Shown here piece by piece: positions 28,046-37,010 of a stretch of 64,000 bases of DNA (position 1 is its first letter; each line of letters starts with the position of its first letter). Location of the stretch: the NCBI RefSeq assembly GCF_004343305.1, contig NZ_SMAF01000006.1, positions 127,501-191,500 on the forward strand. The letters are read 5' to 3'. Under the pieces are notes generated by a model. The model saw only the letters and a program-made list of their open reading frames with translations. It was not told the origin of the DNA and ran no database searches. The DNA is from Pseudofulvimonas gallinarii. GTDB taxonomy: Bacteria; Pseudomonadota; Gammaproteobacteria; Xanthomonadales; UBA2363. Position numbers and translations under genes: made by a program.

Positions 28046-29055
28046 CGGTGGCCTCGCCCGCGCGCCAGCAATACGAGGAAAAACGGGGCGCCGACGATGG
28101 CGGTCAGGATGCCCAGCGGCAGTTCCATGGGCGCCACCGTCCGTGCCAGCGTGTCGGTGGCGACGAGGAAGCCGGCGCCTGTCAGCAGCGAAGCCGGCAG
28201 CAGGCGCGAGAACTCCGGGCCGACCACCAGGCGGGCGACATGCGGCACCACCAGCCCGACCCAGCCAATGATGCCGGCCAGCGAAACGGCGGCGGCGGTG
28301 CCGAGCGTCGCCGCCGCGATCAGCAGCGCACGCAGTCGTCGCACCTCGACGCCGAGTGCCGCCGCCTCCTCGTCGCCAAGGCTCAGCAGGTTGATGCGCC
28401 AGCGCAGCAGTGCCAGTGGCAGCAGGCCCAGGAGCATCGCCGGTAAAGCGGCGAGCAGGTCGCCGCCGGTCACCGCGTTCAAGCCGCCCAGCAGCCAGAA
28501 CGTGATGCTGGGCAACTGCGTGTAGGGATCGGCAAGGATCTTCAGCAGCGAGATGCCAGCGCCAAGCAGCGTGCCGACGGCAACGCCGGCGAGCACGAGT
28601 ACCAGCACGGGATCATGGCGTCGCACGGAGCGGGCGACGAGGTACACCGCTACGACCGCGAGCAGGCCGCCGGCAAAGGCCATGGCCTGCACCGCGACCA
28701 GCGGCAGTGCGAGGAAGATCGCCGCCGCCGCGCCCAGCCCGGCGCCAGCGGAGACGCCAAGGATGTCCGGCGATACCAGTGGATTGCGGAACATGTTCTG
28801 GTAGGCCGCGCCGGCCGCCCCGAGCACGGCGCCGATGGCAAGGCCGGCGGCGATGCGCGGCAGCCGGATGTTCCAGACGACGGTATCGACCGTCGCATCG
28901 ACCGGGTCGGCCCATCCCAGGCGTGCCAGCAGCGCGCGCAGCAGCTGCTCCGGCGGAAGCGGAAACTTGCCGGCGCAGCAGGCGATCACCAGCACCGTGA
29001 GCAGGCCCGCGAGCGCAGCCAGCCATGGCAGCGACCTGCGCGGACCCGGTCTCAT
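28042..29055 (-). CDS. FecCD-family ABC permease
   Basis: Start MRPGPRRSLPWLAALAGLL. Typical FecCD TM helices and RIAAGLAIGAVLGAAGA. Stop overlaps the ATPase start. Confidence 0.85.
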   Translation of the reverse strand: MRPGPRRSLPWLAALAGLLTVLVIACCAGKFPLPPEQLLRALLARLGWADPVDATVDTVVWNIRLPRIAAGLAIGAVLGAAGAAYQNMFRNPLVSPDILGVSAGAGLGAAAAIFLALPLVAVQAMAFAGGLLAVVAVYLVARSVRRHDPVLVLVLAGVAVGTLLGAGISLLKILADPYTQLPSITFWLLGGLNAVTGGDLLAALPAMLLGLLPLALLRWRINLLSLGDEEAAALGVEVRRLRALLIAAATLGTAAAVSLAGIIGWVGLVVPHVARLVVGPEFSRLLPASLLTGAGFLVATDTLARTVAPMELPLGILTAIVGAPFFLVLLARGRGHR

Positions 29056-30101
29056 CCGGCCTCGCCATCCGCCGCGGCCGCGACCAGCGCCGCGGGCAGC
29101 GCCTTGCCATAGAAGCGCTCGAAGGTTTCCGCGGTGAAGCGGTCGAGGCGCCCGCGATCCGACCCGGGATAACGGTGCGGATACAGCCGTGGCAACAGCC
29201 ACGGCAGCCCGACCAGGCGATTGACGCCGGGCGGACCGTCGAGCCAGCCGAAGGGCAGGATGGGGGCGACATGGATACGTCCATTGCGCACCGCCCGCAC
29301 GGACCGCCACAGCCGGTCCCCACGGACGCGGCGCGCGAAGCCGGCATCCTGCGTCAGCAGCACGTCCGGGTTCCAGGCGAGGATCTGTTCCATCGACACC
29401 TGGGTCAGGCCGCCGCTGCCGGCTTCAGCGGCGACGTTGCTCGCGCCCGCGAATTCGATCGCCTCCATGTTGATGGAGCCGGCCAGGCCGGTCTCCAGGC
29501 CGTCCCTGCCGCGGGCGTAATAGACGCGCGGCGGCGCTTCGTCACGGTTCGCCGATGCCTCGGCCCGCACCCGGTCGAGGATGTGCGCGGCCAGGCCCGC
29601 CAGCTCCCGGCCGCGCCCTGCCGCTCCGATCAGCCTGCCGACCTCGCGCAACTGCGCCGGATGGTCTTCGAGCCGGCCATCGACAAGCACGTACGGCAGG
29701 CCCGTCTGCTGCCACACGCGCTCGGCGCCGGACAGATGCAGCGGATTGACGCTGCCGGCATCAAGGACCAGGTCGGGCCTGAGCGACAGCAGCGTTTCGG
29801 TGCCGACCGTACTGCCGCGTCCGGACAGGCGGCCGAGGAAAGGAAGGTCGGCCGCGGGTGCCGGCAACAGCGCCCGCGCGGCCGCGTCCATCCGCATCGG
29901 CCAGCCCAGCAGTTTTCCCGGCGCCAGCACGCAGGCCAGCACCGCCGCCGGCGAGCCCGCCGCGAACACCCGGGAAACGCGACCTGCTGGTGGCAGCTCG
30001 CCGAAACGGGCGGCAACACCGCCCTCGCGCGCCAACGATCGCGATGAACGGGAGCACAGCGTCGCCAGGGCGAGCAGGGACAGGAACGAGCGCCGGTTCA
30101 T
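29052..30101 (-). CDS. periplasmic substrate-binding protein (siderophore/heme/B12 cluster A-2), Tat/Sec signal
   Basis: MNRRSFLSLLALATLCS. BtuF/FecB-like fold features. Overlaps the permease start. Confidence 0.75.
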   Translation of the reverse strand: MNRRSFLSLLALATLCSRSSRSLAREGGVAARFGELPPAGRVSRVFAAGSPAAVLACVLAPGKLLGWPMRMDAAARALLPAPAADLPFLGRLSGRGSTVGTETLLSLRPDLVLDAGSVNPLHLSGAERVWQQTGLPYVLVDGRLEDHPAQLREVGRLIGAAGRGRELAGLAAHILDRVRAEASANRDEAPPRVYYARGRDGLETGLAGSINMEAIEFAGASNVAAEAGSGGLTQVSMEQILAWNPDVLLTQDAGFARRVRGDRLWRSVRAVRNGRIHVAPILPFGWLDGPPGVNRLVGLPWLLPRLYPHRYPGSDRGRLDRFTAETFERFYGKALPAALVAAAADGEAG

Positions 30102-30379
30102 GCGATGCCGACCTTTGCACGGGACGTGCGCGCATCACATCGGAACTCTGGTCGCGCAGCCATCGGATTGGTTACTCCGGTCGGGAATCGAATGCGGCGG
30201 GAAGCCCGGAATCCGCCGTGGAATGCGCCATCTTACCGAACGGCGAAACCGTTCCTTAACGCGCTGATCGACATGGCCGCCATGCCATAGCATCATGCGG
30301 GCCACCCGTTGATACAGGTCAATGACCCACTGGATCGGTTCCGCCAGCATGGCCTGTCTTCGCTACAAGATGAAAAATC

Positions 30380-30892
30380 ATGTCCGCTGCATCCTTTGAC
30401 CGCGAGCAGCTGCTGGCCTGTGCGCGCGGCGAAATGTTCGGTCCCGGCAACGCCCGGCTGCCGGCGCCGCCCATGCTCATGTTCGACCGCATCACGCATA
30501 TCGCCAGCGACGGCGGTGCGTATGGCAAGGGCGTGATACGCGCCGAGCTCGATATCCGCGCCGACCTGTGGTTCTTCGACTGCCATTTCATCGGCGATCC
30601 GGTCATGCCCGGCTGCCTCGGACTGGATGCGATGTGGCAGCTCGCCGGTTTCTACCTGCCCTGGCTGGGTGAAAGCGGCCGTGGTCGCGCCCTCGGCGTC
30701 GGCGAGGTGAAGTTCACCGGCCAGATCCTGCCGGGCGCATCGCGGGTGACGTACGAGATCGATATCCGGCGCGTGATCCGCGGCAAGCTCAACCTGGTGA
30801 TCGCCGACGGCCGCACCAGCGTGGATGGCCGGGAAATCTATACCGCCAAGGATCTGCGCGTCGGTCTGTTCGCTTCGACCGAGGGCTTCTGA
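30380..30892 (+). CDS. fabA: 3-hydroxydecanoyl-ACP dehydratase/isomerase FabA
   Basis: 170 aa. [24 protein letters not shown] is the FabA active-site region. Confidence 0.9.
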   Translation: MSAASFDREQLLACARGEMFGPGNARLPAPPMLMFDRITHIASDGGAYGKGVIRAELDIRADLWFFDCHFIGDPVMPGCLGLDAMWQLAGFYLPWLGESGRGRALGVGEVKFTGQILPGASRVTYEIDIRRVIRGKLNLVIADGRTSVDGREIYTAKDLRVGLFASTEGF

Positions 30893-30893
30893 G

Positions 30894-32102
30894 ATGCGTC
30901 GTGTTGTGGTGACCGGCATCGGCATCGTCTCCTGCCTGGGCAACGACGCCGATACCGTTTCGGCGGCGCTGCGCGAAGGCCGTTCCGGCATCCGCCACCA
31001 GCGTGACCAGATGGAAATGGGGCTGCGCAGCCATGTCGCCGGTGTTCCCGACATCGACCTGGACGCCGTGATCGACCGCAAGCTGCGCCGCTTCATGGGC
31101 GACGCGGCCGGTTACGCCCATGTCGCAACGGCACAGGCCATCGCCGACGCCGGACTCCGCCAGGACCAGGTCGCCAACGACCGCACCGGCGTCATCGCCG
31201 GTTCCGGGGGTGGCTCCGCACAGTGGCAGATCGCCGCCGCCGACCTGCTGCGCGAGCGTGGCGTGCGCCGCATCGGTCCATACATGGTTCCACGTACGAT
31301 GTGTTCGACGGTGTCGGCGGCGCTGGCGACGGCCTTTGGCATCCGTGGCGTCGGCATCTCGCCATCCGCCGCCTGCGCCACCTCGGCGCACTGCATCGGC
31401 ATGGGCGCCGACCTCATCCGTGCCGGCCGCCAGGACATCGTGCTGGCAGGTGGCGGCGAGGAAGTGCACTGGGGCATGACCTGCCTGTTCGACGCCATGG
31501 GCGCGCTGTCCACGGCCCGCAACGATGCGCCGGAGACGGCATCGCGTCCCTACGACGCCGACCGCGACGGCTTCGTGATCGCCGGCGGTGGCGGCATGCT
31601 GGTGCTCGAGGATTACGATCACGCCCGTGCGCGCGGCGCGCACATCCATGCCGAACTGGTCGGCTATGGCGCGACGTCCGATGGCGCCGACATGGTGGCA
31701 CCGTCAGGCGAGGGCGCGGTCCGCTGCATGCGGCAGGCGATGGAAGGGCTGGATCGGCCCATCGATTACCTCAATGCCCACGCGACGGCGACGCCGGTCG
31801 GTGACGTCGTCGAGCTCGACGCGGTCCGCACCGTGTTCGGCGATGCGATGCCGCCGATCTCGTCCACCAAGTCGCTGTCCGGGCATTCCCTGGGCGCGGC
31901 CAGCGTGCACGAGGCGATCTACAGCCTTCTGATGATGCGCGACGGTTTCATCGCCGGCTCGGCGAACGTGGACCGCCTGGATCCGTGTGCCGAAGGTTGC
32001 CCGATCGTGCTGGCCAGCCGCGAGGCGCGACTGGAGACGGTGATGTCGAACAGCTTCGGGTTCGGCGGCAACAACGCCTCGCTGGTCTTCGCGCGCGTCT
32101 GA
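30894..32102 (+). CDS. fabB: 3-oxoacyl-ACP synthase I FabB
   Basis: Start [17 protein letters not shown], 2 nt after the fabA stop. Active-site Cys region [15 protein letters not shown]; HxxxH ... [14 protein letters not shown]. Confidence 0.9.
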   Translation: MRRVVVTGIGIVSCLGNDADTVSAALREGRSGIRHQRDQMEMGLRSHVAGVPDIDLDAVIDRKLRRFMGDAAGYAHVATAQAIADAGLRQDQVANDRTGVIAGSGGGSAQWQIAAADLLRERGVRRIGPYMVPRTMCSTVSAALATAFGIRGVGISPSAACATSAHCIGMGADLIRAGRQDIVLAGGGEEVHWGMTCLFDAMGALSTARNDAPETASRPYDADRDGFVIAGGGGMLVLEDYDHARARGAHIHAELVGYGATSDGADMVAPSGEGAVRCMRQAMEGLDRPIDYLNAHATATPVGDVVELDAVRTVFGDAMPPISSTKSLSGHSLGAASVHEAIYSLLMMRDGFIAGSANVDRLDPCAEGCPIVLASREARLETVMSNSFGFGGNNASLVFARV

Positions 32103-32282
32103 GCGCATTGCGGGACCGGGGCCGTGTCGCCGTGCGCGATGCGGCCGCTCCCCGGATTGCATGGGCCGGGCCAGTGGGCGATCGCCGCTGCCGACGTCCA
32201 CGTAAGCGTCGCGCACGTCGGCCTGTCCGGTTCCAGGCAGGTCCTGCGTAAGGAGGGGACTGCCTGTTCTCCGGAGAAACCC

Positions 32283-33716
32283 ATGACGCGCCTCATATCC
32301 GCCCTGGCCCTTCTGCTGGCCTGTCCGCTGTCCGCCAGTGCGGCCGTGTTCTTCGTCACCAACACCCACGACAGCGGCCTGGGTTCGTTGCGCTCGGCCA
32401 TCGACGAGGCCAATGCCGCGGGTCCTGGCGCGCATCAGGTCCGCTTCGACGGCCCCTTTCCCCAAGATGGCCTGGTGCAGCTCGGCAGCACCCTGCCGAC
32501 GCTCACGGCGGCCCAGCTGACCATCCACGGCAATGGATACAATCCACGCATTGCCGGCAACGATACGTTCCCCCTGCTCGTTGCCGCATCGACGCTGAGC
32601 CGCCTGGAATTGAATGGCCTCACCCTCTCCTCCGGTCGCGCCACGGATGAAGGGGGCGGCTGCCTGGCCGCGCACGCGGCGGGTCCGTCTTCCACGCTGG
32701 TCATCCAGAACAGCCGGTTCGACAACTGCGCCGTCGTGCAGACCTCGGGCTGGGCACGGGGCGGCGCGATCTTCTGGAACTTCGGTTTCGTCACCATACG
32801 TGACAGCGAAATCAGTCACAGCTTTGCCAGTACGCAGGGCGGCACGCAGTCCGACGTCGCCTCCGGCGGCGCCATCACTACGCATGGGGAACTGCTGGTC
32901 GAGCGCAGCCGTTTCATCACGAACACCGCCATCGGCCATGTTTCAAGGGGCGGTGCGGTGACGACCACGGACAGCGCCGTCATCCGCGATTCCTTCTTCC
33001 ACGATAATTTCGCCTTCAGCACCGCCACGCCGGGGCGTGGCCAGGCTGGCGCGGTGTTGATCGACTGCGTTGCCTGCGATGCGGTCCTGGAACGCAATAC
33101 CTTTACCGCGAACTTCTCGGACTGGGCGGGTGCGGTCTTCGTCCGCGGCAACCAGGACATCAACCGGGCCAGTCTGGTGGCGCACAACAACACCTTCCAC
33201 GGCAACGAAGGAGCGTTGTCGGCCGGAGCCCTGTACGCGCTGTTCGTTTCCGCATCCCTGGTCCACAACACCTTCCACCACAACCTCGCGCCGGCGGATG
33301 CCGCCGGTCACGTGTATTTCGAGAGCGCCATTGTCGAGAACGTGGCCAACAACGTGTTCGCACCGACTGCCGGCGGCAAGGCCTGCATGGGTTGGACGAT
33401 CGAGATGCCGGGGCTGGACGCCGGCAATCTTGCCGCCGACGGAACCTGCGGGCTGCTGGTGCCCGGCATTGCCGCCAACGCCGTGCTGGGTCCCGTCGAA
33501 GTGGACTACAGCCCGGCTGTGCCGGTTGTCCGGTTCGCCGCCGGCAGCCCGGTGATCGATGGCGGCGATGACAAGGGTTGCCTGGCCCAGGATGTACTGG
33601 GCAATGCCAGGCCGATCGATGGCAATGGCGATGGCCACGCCCGCTGCGACGTCGGCGCCTACGAACACCCGCTGGACGACACGCTGTTCGCCGACGGCTT
33701 CGAAGCGCTGCCTTGA
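32283..33716 (+). CDS. parallel beta-helix repeat secreted protein, divergent family member E (477 aa)
   Basis: Start MTRLISALALLLACPLSASA with GGAGAAA RBS. N-terminus VFFVTNTHDSGLGSLRSAIDEANA resembles CSLREA. C-terminus GNARPIDGNGDGHARCDVGAYEHPLDDTLFADGFEALP matches the C-terminal module of paralogs A-D. Confidence 0.7.
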   Translation: MTRLISALALLLACPLSASAAVFFVTNTHDSGLGSLRSAIDEANAAGPGAHQVRFDGPFPQDGLVQLGSTLPTLTAAQLTIHGNGYNPRIAGNDTFPLLVAASTLSRLELNGLTLSSGRATDEGGGCLAAHAAGPSSTLVIQNSRFDNCAVVQTSGWARGGAIFWNFGFVTIRDSEISHSFASTQGGTQSDVASGGAITTHGELLVERSRFITNTAIGHVSRGGAVTTTDSAVIRDSFFHDNFAFSTATPGRGQAGAVLIDCVACDAVLERNTFTANFSDWAGAVFVRGNQDINRASLVAHNNTFHGNEGALSAGALYALFVSASLVHNTFHHNLAPADAAGHVYFESAIVENVANNVFAPTAGGKACMGWTIEMPGLDAGNLAADGTCGLLVPGIAANAVLGPVEVDYSPAVPVVRFAAGSPVIDGGDDKGCLAQDVLGNARPIDGNGDGHARCDVGAYEHPLDDTLFADGFEALP

Positions 33717-33901
33717 GTTGGCGGTGGTTCCGGGGGCGTCGGCATTCCGGCGCCTGCCGGTCCGGGCCGGGCCGCCTGTCCGGCGGCCACCAGACCGGCC
33801 TGAAGCTGAACGGGCGGGGCCGGACTGGCGACTTTCTCCGGCCTTTTGCGTTTGAGGAGTAGCATGGATTGTCCGTGCGGTAGCCCCATCTGGAGTTTGT
33901 C

Positions 33902-35899
33902 ATGAAAGGTCGTCTGGGACATTACGAGATCGTCGCCGAGCTGGGACGGGGTGGCATGGGCGTTGTGCACAAGGCGCTGGATCCGGCCCTGGGCCGTGTG
34001 GTCGCCATCAAGGAACTGGCGCCTGCGCTGGCTGACGACCCCGCCCTGGTCGAGCGCTTCCTGCGCGAGGCGCGTTCGATGGCCGCCCTCTCGGATCCGC
34101 ACATCGTCGGCATCCACTTCATCGGCCAGGAGAACGGCCGCCCGTTCTTCGTCATGGAATTCGTCGAAGGCGAAGCGCTGGGCAACATGCTCCGCCGCCT
34201 CGGCAAGCTGCCGGTCGCCGACACGCTGAAGATCCTGCACCAGACGGCGCAGGGCCTGGCGACCGCGCATGACCGCGGCGTCATCCATCGCGACATCAAG
34301 CCGGGCAACATCCTGGTGGACACCAGGGGCCGCGTGCGCCTGGCCGACTTCGGCATCGCACTGGCCGCCAACGATCCCGGCCAGAAGCTGACCAGCACCG
34401 GTGAGTTCATCGGCACCCCGGGTTACGTCTCGCCGGAAATCTGCAAGGGCCTGCCGATCGACCCGCGCTCGGACATCTTCTCGCTGGGCGTGGTGATGTT
34501 CGAAATGCTCAGTGGCCGCATGCCGTTCACCGACAACAGCCCGCTGGGCCTGATGCTGGAAGTGGTGAATGCGCAGATTCCCGACATCCACACACTGAAC
34601 GACCAGGTCGACGCGGAGACGGCGGCGATCCTGGCGAAGATGGTCGCAAAGAACGCCGACGACCGTTACCAGAGCGCGCGTGAACTGGCCGCCGACCTGG
34701 CGCGGCATCCGCTGGTCGCCGACGGCAAGCCGCTGTCGGTCCCCGTCGTGCCGCCCAGCGACAGCCAGACCGTGATCGCCGCGCTGTCGCAGCCGCGCGT
34801 GCCGACGCCGCCGCCGGTGGTATCGCGCGCCGATGCCGACGCCGCCGACACGCGCCCGCGCGGTCCCCGCCCGGCAGCCGCCGCCGCGCAGGATCCGGAA
34901 GCGACGCTGGTGCGCGCGCCGGCTGCCGCCAACGATCCAACCGGTCGCCAGCGCCTGGTCGCCGGCCTCGCGCTCGCCGCGCTGGTCCTGGCCGGCACCG
35001 GCTACGCCTTCCGCGACTACTTCACCGGGTTTGCCAACGGTTTCCGCGACGGCTTCGTCGCCGGAAAGGTCAGCAATCCGGTTCCGCCGAGCCATGCCAA
35101 CGACCTGCCGGTCGCGGCGCTGACGTCGGCTTCCCCTGCAACCGGCGCGATGGATGCGGCCCCGCCGCAGGTGGAGAACGCTTCGGCGTCGCCGTCGCAG
35201 GCGCCGACAGCTGTCGCCATGGGGGATGCCCCGGCGATGGTGCAGGCCGGCGGGGAGACGCAGGCGTCACAGTCGGTGGCCGGCCAGTCCGCCAGCACGG
35301 CTACCGTTGCCGGCAGCGATCCGCAGGCGCTGGCCGCCAGCGTCGACAGCCAGCCGCCGGCGACGGCACCGGCTTCGAGCGAAGGGCTCCGCGCGGGCGC
35401 GCAGAGCACGCCGCAGCCGAGTCGTCCGGCACAGGCGCGTGCCGCCGCCGAGCCGCCTCCGCCGCCGCGCTTCGTCGTCATCGCGCAGGGCGACAGCGCC
35501 CTGAGCCTGCCGGCGCAGCAGCGCATCGAGGACTACCTTTCCGGCGCCGGTCATCGCCTGGTGGATGCGGAAACCGTGCCCGGCCTGTCCGCTGCTGACA
35601 CCGCGTCGCTGATCCGCGCCGCCCGCCGTCACGCCCGCGTGGTGGTGATCGTGCGCACCGAGCCCATCGGCAGCCGCGACCTGCATTTCTACGGTCGCCA
35701 TGACGTCGCCTACACGGCCTACCTGAGCGTGCGTGCCTATGACACCCAGACCGGCCAGCCGCTGTCGTCGGGCTTCCGCCAGAAGGTCGAGTTCGCCGCG
35801 CTGAATGCCGAGCAGCGTGCCAACGAAGCACTCGATCCGGAGCTCTCGTCACTGGCCCGCGTCGTCGCGCCGGTGCTGCGCCAGACCTCGCGCGGCTAA
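33902..35899 (+). CDS. eukaryotic-type Ser/Thr protein kinase with TM segment and C-terminal extracytoplasmic domain
   Basis: Hanks motifs: GRGGMGVVHKA, VAIKEL, HRDIKPGNILV, DFGIA, GTPGYVSPE. Pro/Ala linker, TM LVAGLALAALVLAGTGYAF, 300-aa C-domain. Confidence 0.85.
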   Translation: MKGRLGHYEIVAELGRGGMGVVHKALDPALGRVVAIKELAPALADDPALVERFLREARSMAALSDPHIVGIHFIGQENGRPFFVMEFVEGEALGNMLRRLGKLPVADTLKILHQTAQGLATAHDRGVIHRDIKPGNILVDTRGRVRLADFGIALAANDPGQKLTSTGEFIGTPGYVSPEICKGLPIDPRSDIFSLGVVMFEMLSGRMPFTDNSPLGLMLEVVNAQIPDIHTLNDQVDAETAAILAKMVAKNADDRYQSARELAADLARHPLVADGKPLSVPVVPPSDSQTVIAALSQPRVPTPPPVVSRADADAADTRPRGPRPAAAAAQDPEATLVRAPAAANDPTGRQRLVAGLALAALVLAGTGYAFRDYFTGFANGFRDGFVAGKVSNPVPPSHANDLPVAALTSASPATGAMDAAPPQVENASASPSQAPTAVAMGDAPAMVQAGGETQASQSVAGQSASTATVAGSDPQALAASVDSQPPATAPASSEGLRAGAQSTPQPSRPAQARAAAEPPPPPRFVVIAQGDSALSLPAQQRIEDYLSGAGHRLVDAETVPGLSAADTASLIRAARRHARVVVIVRTEPIGSRDLHFYGRHDVAYTAYLSVRAYDTQTGQPLSSGFRQKVEFAALNAEQRANEALDPELSSLARVVAPVLRQTSRG

Positions 35900-35926
35900 T
35901 TTTCCCCGCAAGCGTTCCTTACTGCC

Positions 35927-35958
35927 GCCCGCGACGTCGAGTCGCGGGCTTCTTTTTT
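35927..35958 (+). terminator. rho-independent terminator after the kinase gene
   Basis: GCCCGCGAC-GTCGA-GTCGCGGGC, followed by TTCTTTTTT. Confidence 0.55.
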
Positions 35959-36036
35959 GCCTGGCGATGAGGCCATCAGCCGGCGAGTTCGATGGCGCAG
36001 GGCGGCAGCGCAGGCCGCGGTGCCGGTGCGCCGGCG

Positions 36037-37005
36037 TTATTCCATACCAAGCCTGGAGCGCAGCCGTGCGCCAATGCGCGGCAGTTCGCGCAGCGGCGCC
36101 GGGCGATCCGCAGCCGTACCCGGCAGCGCATGATCAAGCAAGGACAGGTGTCCGGTGCCGAGAAGCCGGTCCAGCAGCCGCCGGCGCTTGCCTGGCAGGG
36201 CGATGCCCGCGGGCAGGTGGACCTGCACCGGCACACCGACGGCACAGGCTTCCGCGACAAGGTTGCTGGAGTCGGGCGTGACGACGATGCGGTCCGCCCA
36301 GCCCAGCAATCCCGCATAGGGATTGAGGCCGTCATGGCCACTGGCCCAGAACACGCCGGGCCAGGTGCCGAAGGCCTGGCGCAGGCGCTGCGCCAGCGCC
36401 GGCGGCGTCCGCCGCGAACAGGTGACGAGGAAACTGCCGCCGTCGCGGGAATGATCCCGTTCCAGTGCGTCGAGCAGGCCATCCACATAGCCGGCGTCGA
36501 AGGGCAGGCCGCGCACGGCCCCCCCGATGAGCACTGCGGTCCGCGGTGAGGGCAGGGCCGCGAACGCCGGAAAGCGTCTGCGGCCGTCATCAAGCCAGTC
36601 GTCGTCGATGCGATGCAGGCCGCCGGTGCTGACGATGACGTTGTCGCCGGTCACCTCGTCGTGTTCTGGCACGACCAGGGCGTCGAACGACGCGCGCCGC
36701 CAGCGCGGGTCGAGGATCTGCACGACGCGGGTGCGTCCGGCGGACAGGCGTCGCAGGCCGATCAGAACGCCGGCAGCGGCGCGGCCGCAGCCGATCGCCA
36801 GGTCGGGCCATGGCGGCGCGAGACCGTCCGGAACCGTCGCAAGCATGCGTCGCGGGTCACGCGCCGAGAAAGGTGACAGCCATGACCATGGCGCAGACAG
36901 CCGGATATCGAACACCTGCGGCGCCAACCCGAGACCATGGGCCAGGGCGAGCGCCTGGTTGCGATTGCCGGCGGCGCCGTCGGTGATGACCCAGCAGGTG
37001 GTCAT
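36037..37005 (-). CDS. ELM1/DUF1022-family protein (predicted nucleotide-sugar/glycosyltransferase-like fold)
   Basis: Start MTTCWVITDGAAGNRNQALALAHGLGL matches the N-terminus of the bacterial ELM1-like family as I recall it. Its start lies 6 nt from the antiporter stop. Confidence 0.55.
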   Translation of the reverse strand: MTTCWVITDGAAGNRNQALALAHGLGLAPQVFDIRLSAPWSWLSPFSARDPRRMLATVPDGLAPPWPDLAIGCGRAAAGVLIGLRRLSAGRTRVVQILDPRWRRASFDALVVPEHDEVTGDNVIVSTGGLHRIDDDWLDDGRRRFPAFAALPSPRTAVLIGGAVRGLPFDAGYVDGLLDALERDHSRDGGSFLVTCSRRTPPALAQRLRQAFGTWPGVFWASGHDGLNPYAGLLGWADRIVVTPDSSNLVAEACAVGVPVQVHLPAGIALPGKRRRLLDRLLGTGHLSLLDHALPGTAADRPAPLRELPRIGARLRSRLGME

Positions 37006-37010
37006 GCCGG

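Noticed and set aside
30102-30379. Possible cobalamin riboswitch in the leader of the FecB-type substrate-binding protein gene
   Set aside because: The minus-strand leader has GGGCTTCCCGCC-like and AATCC-like fragments, but no B12 box (GCCACTG) in the correct order or orientation. Cannot support without a covariance-model scan.
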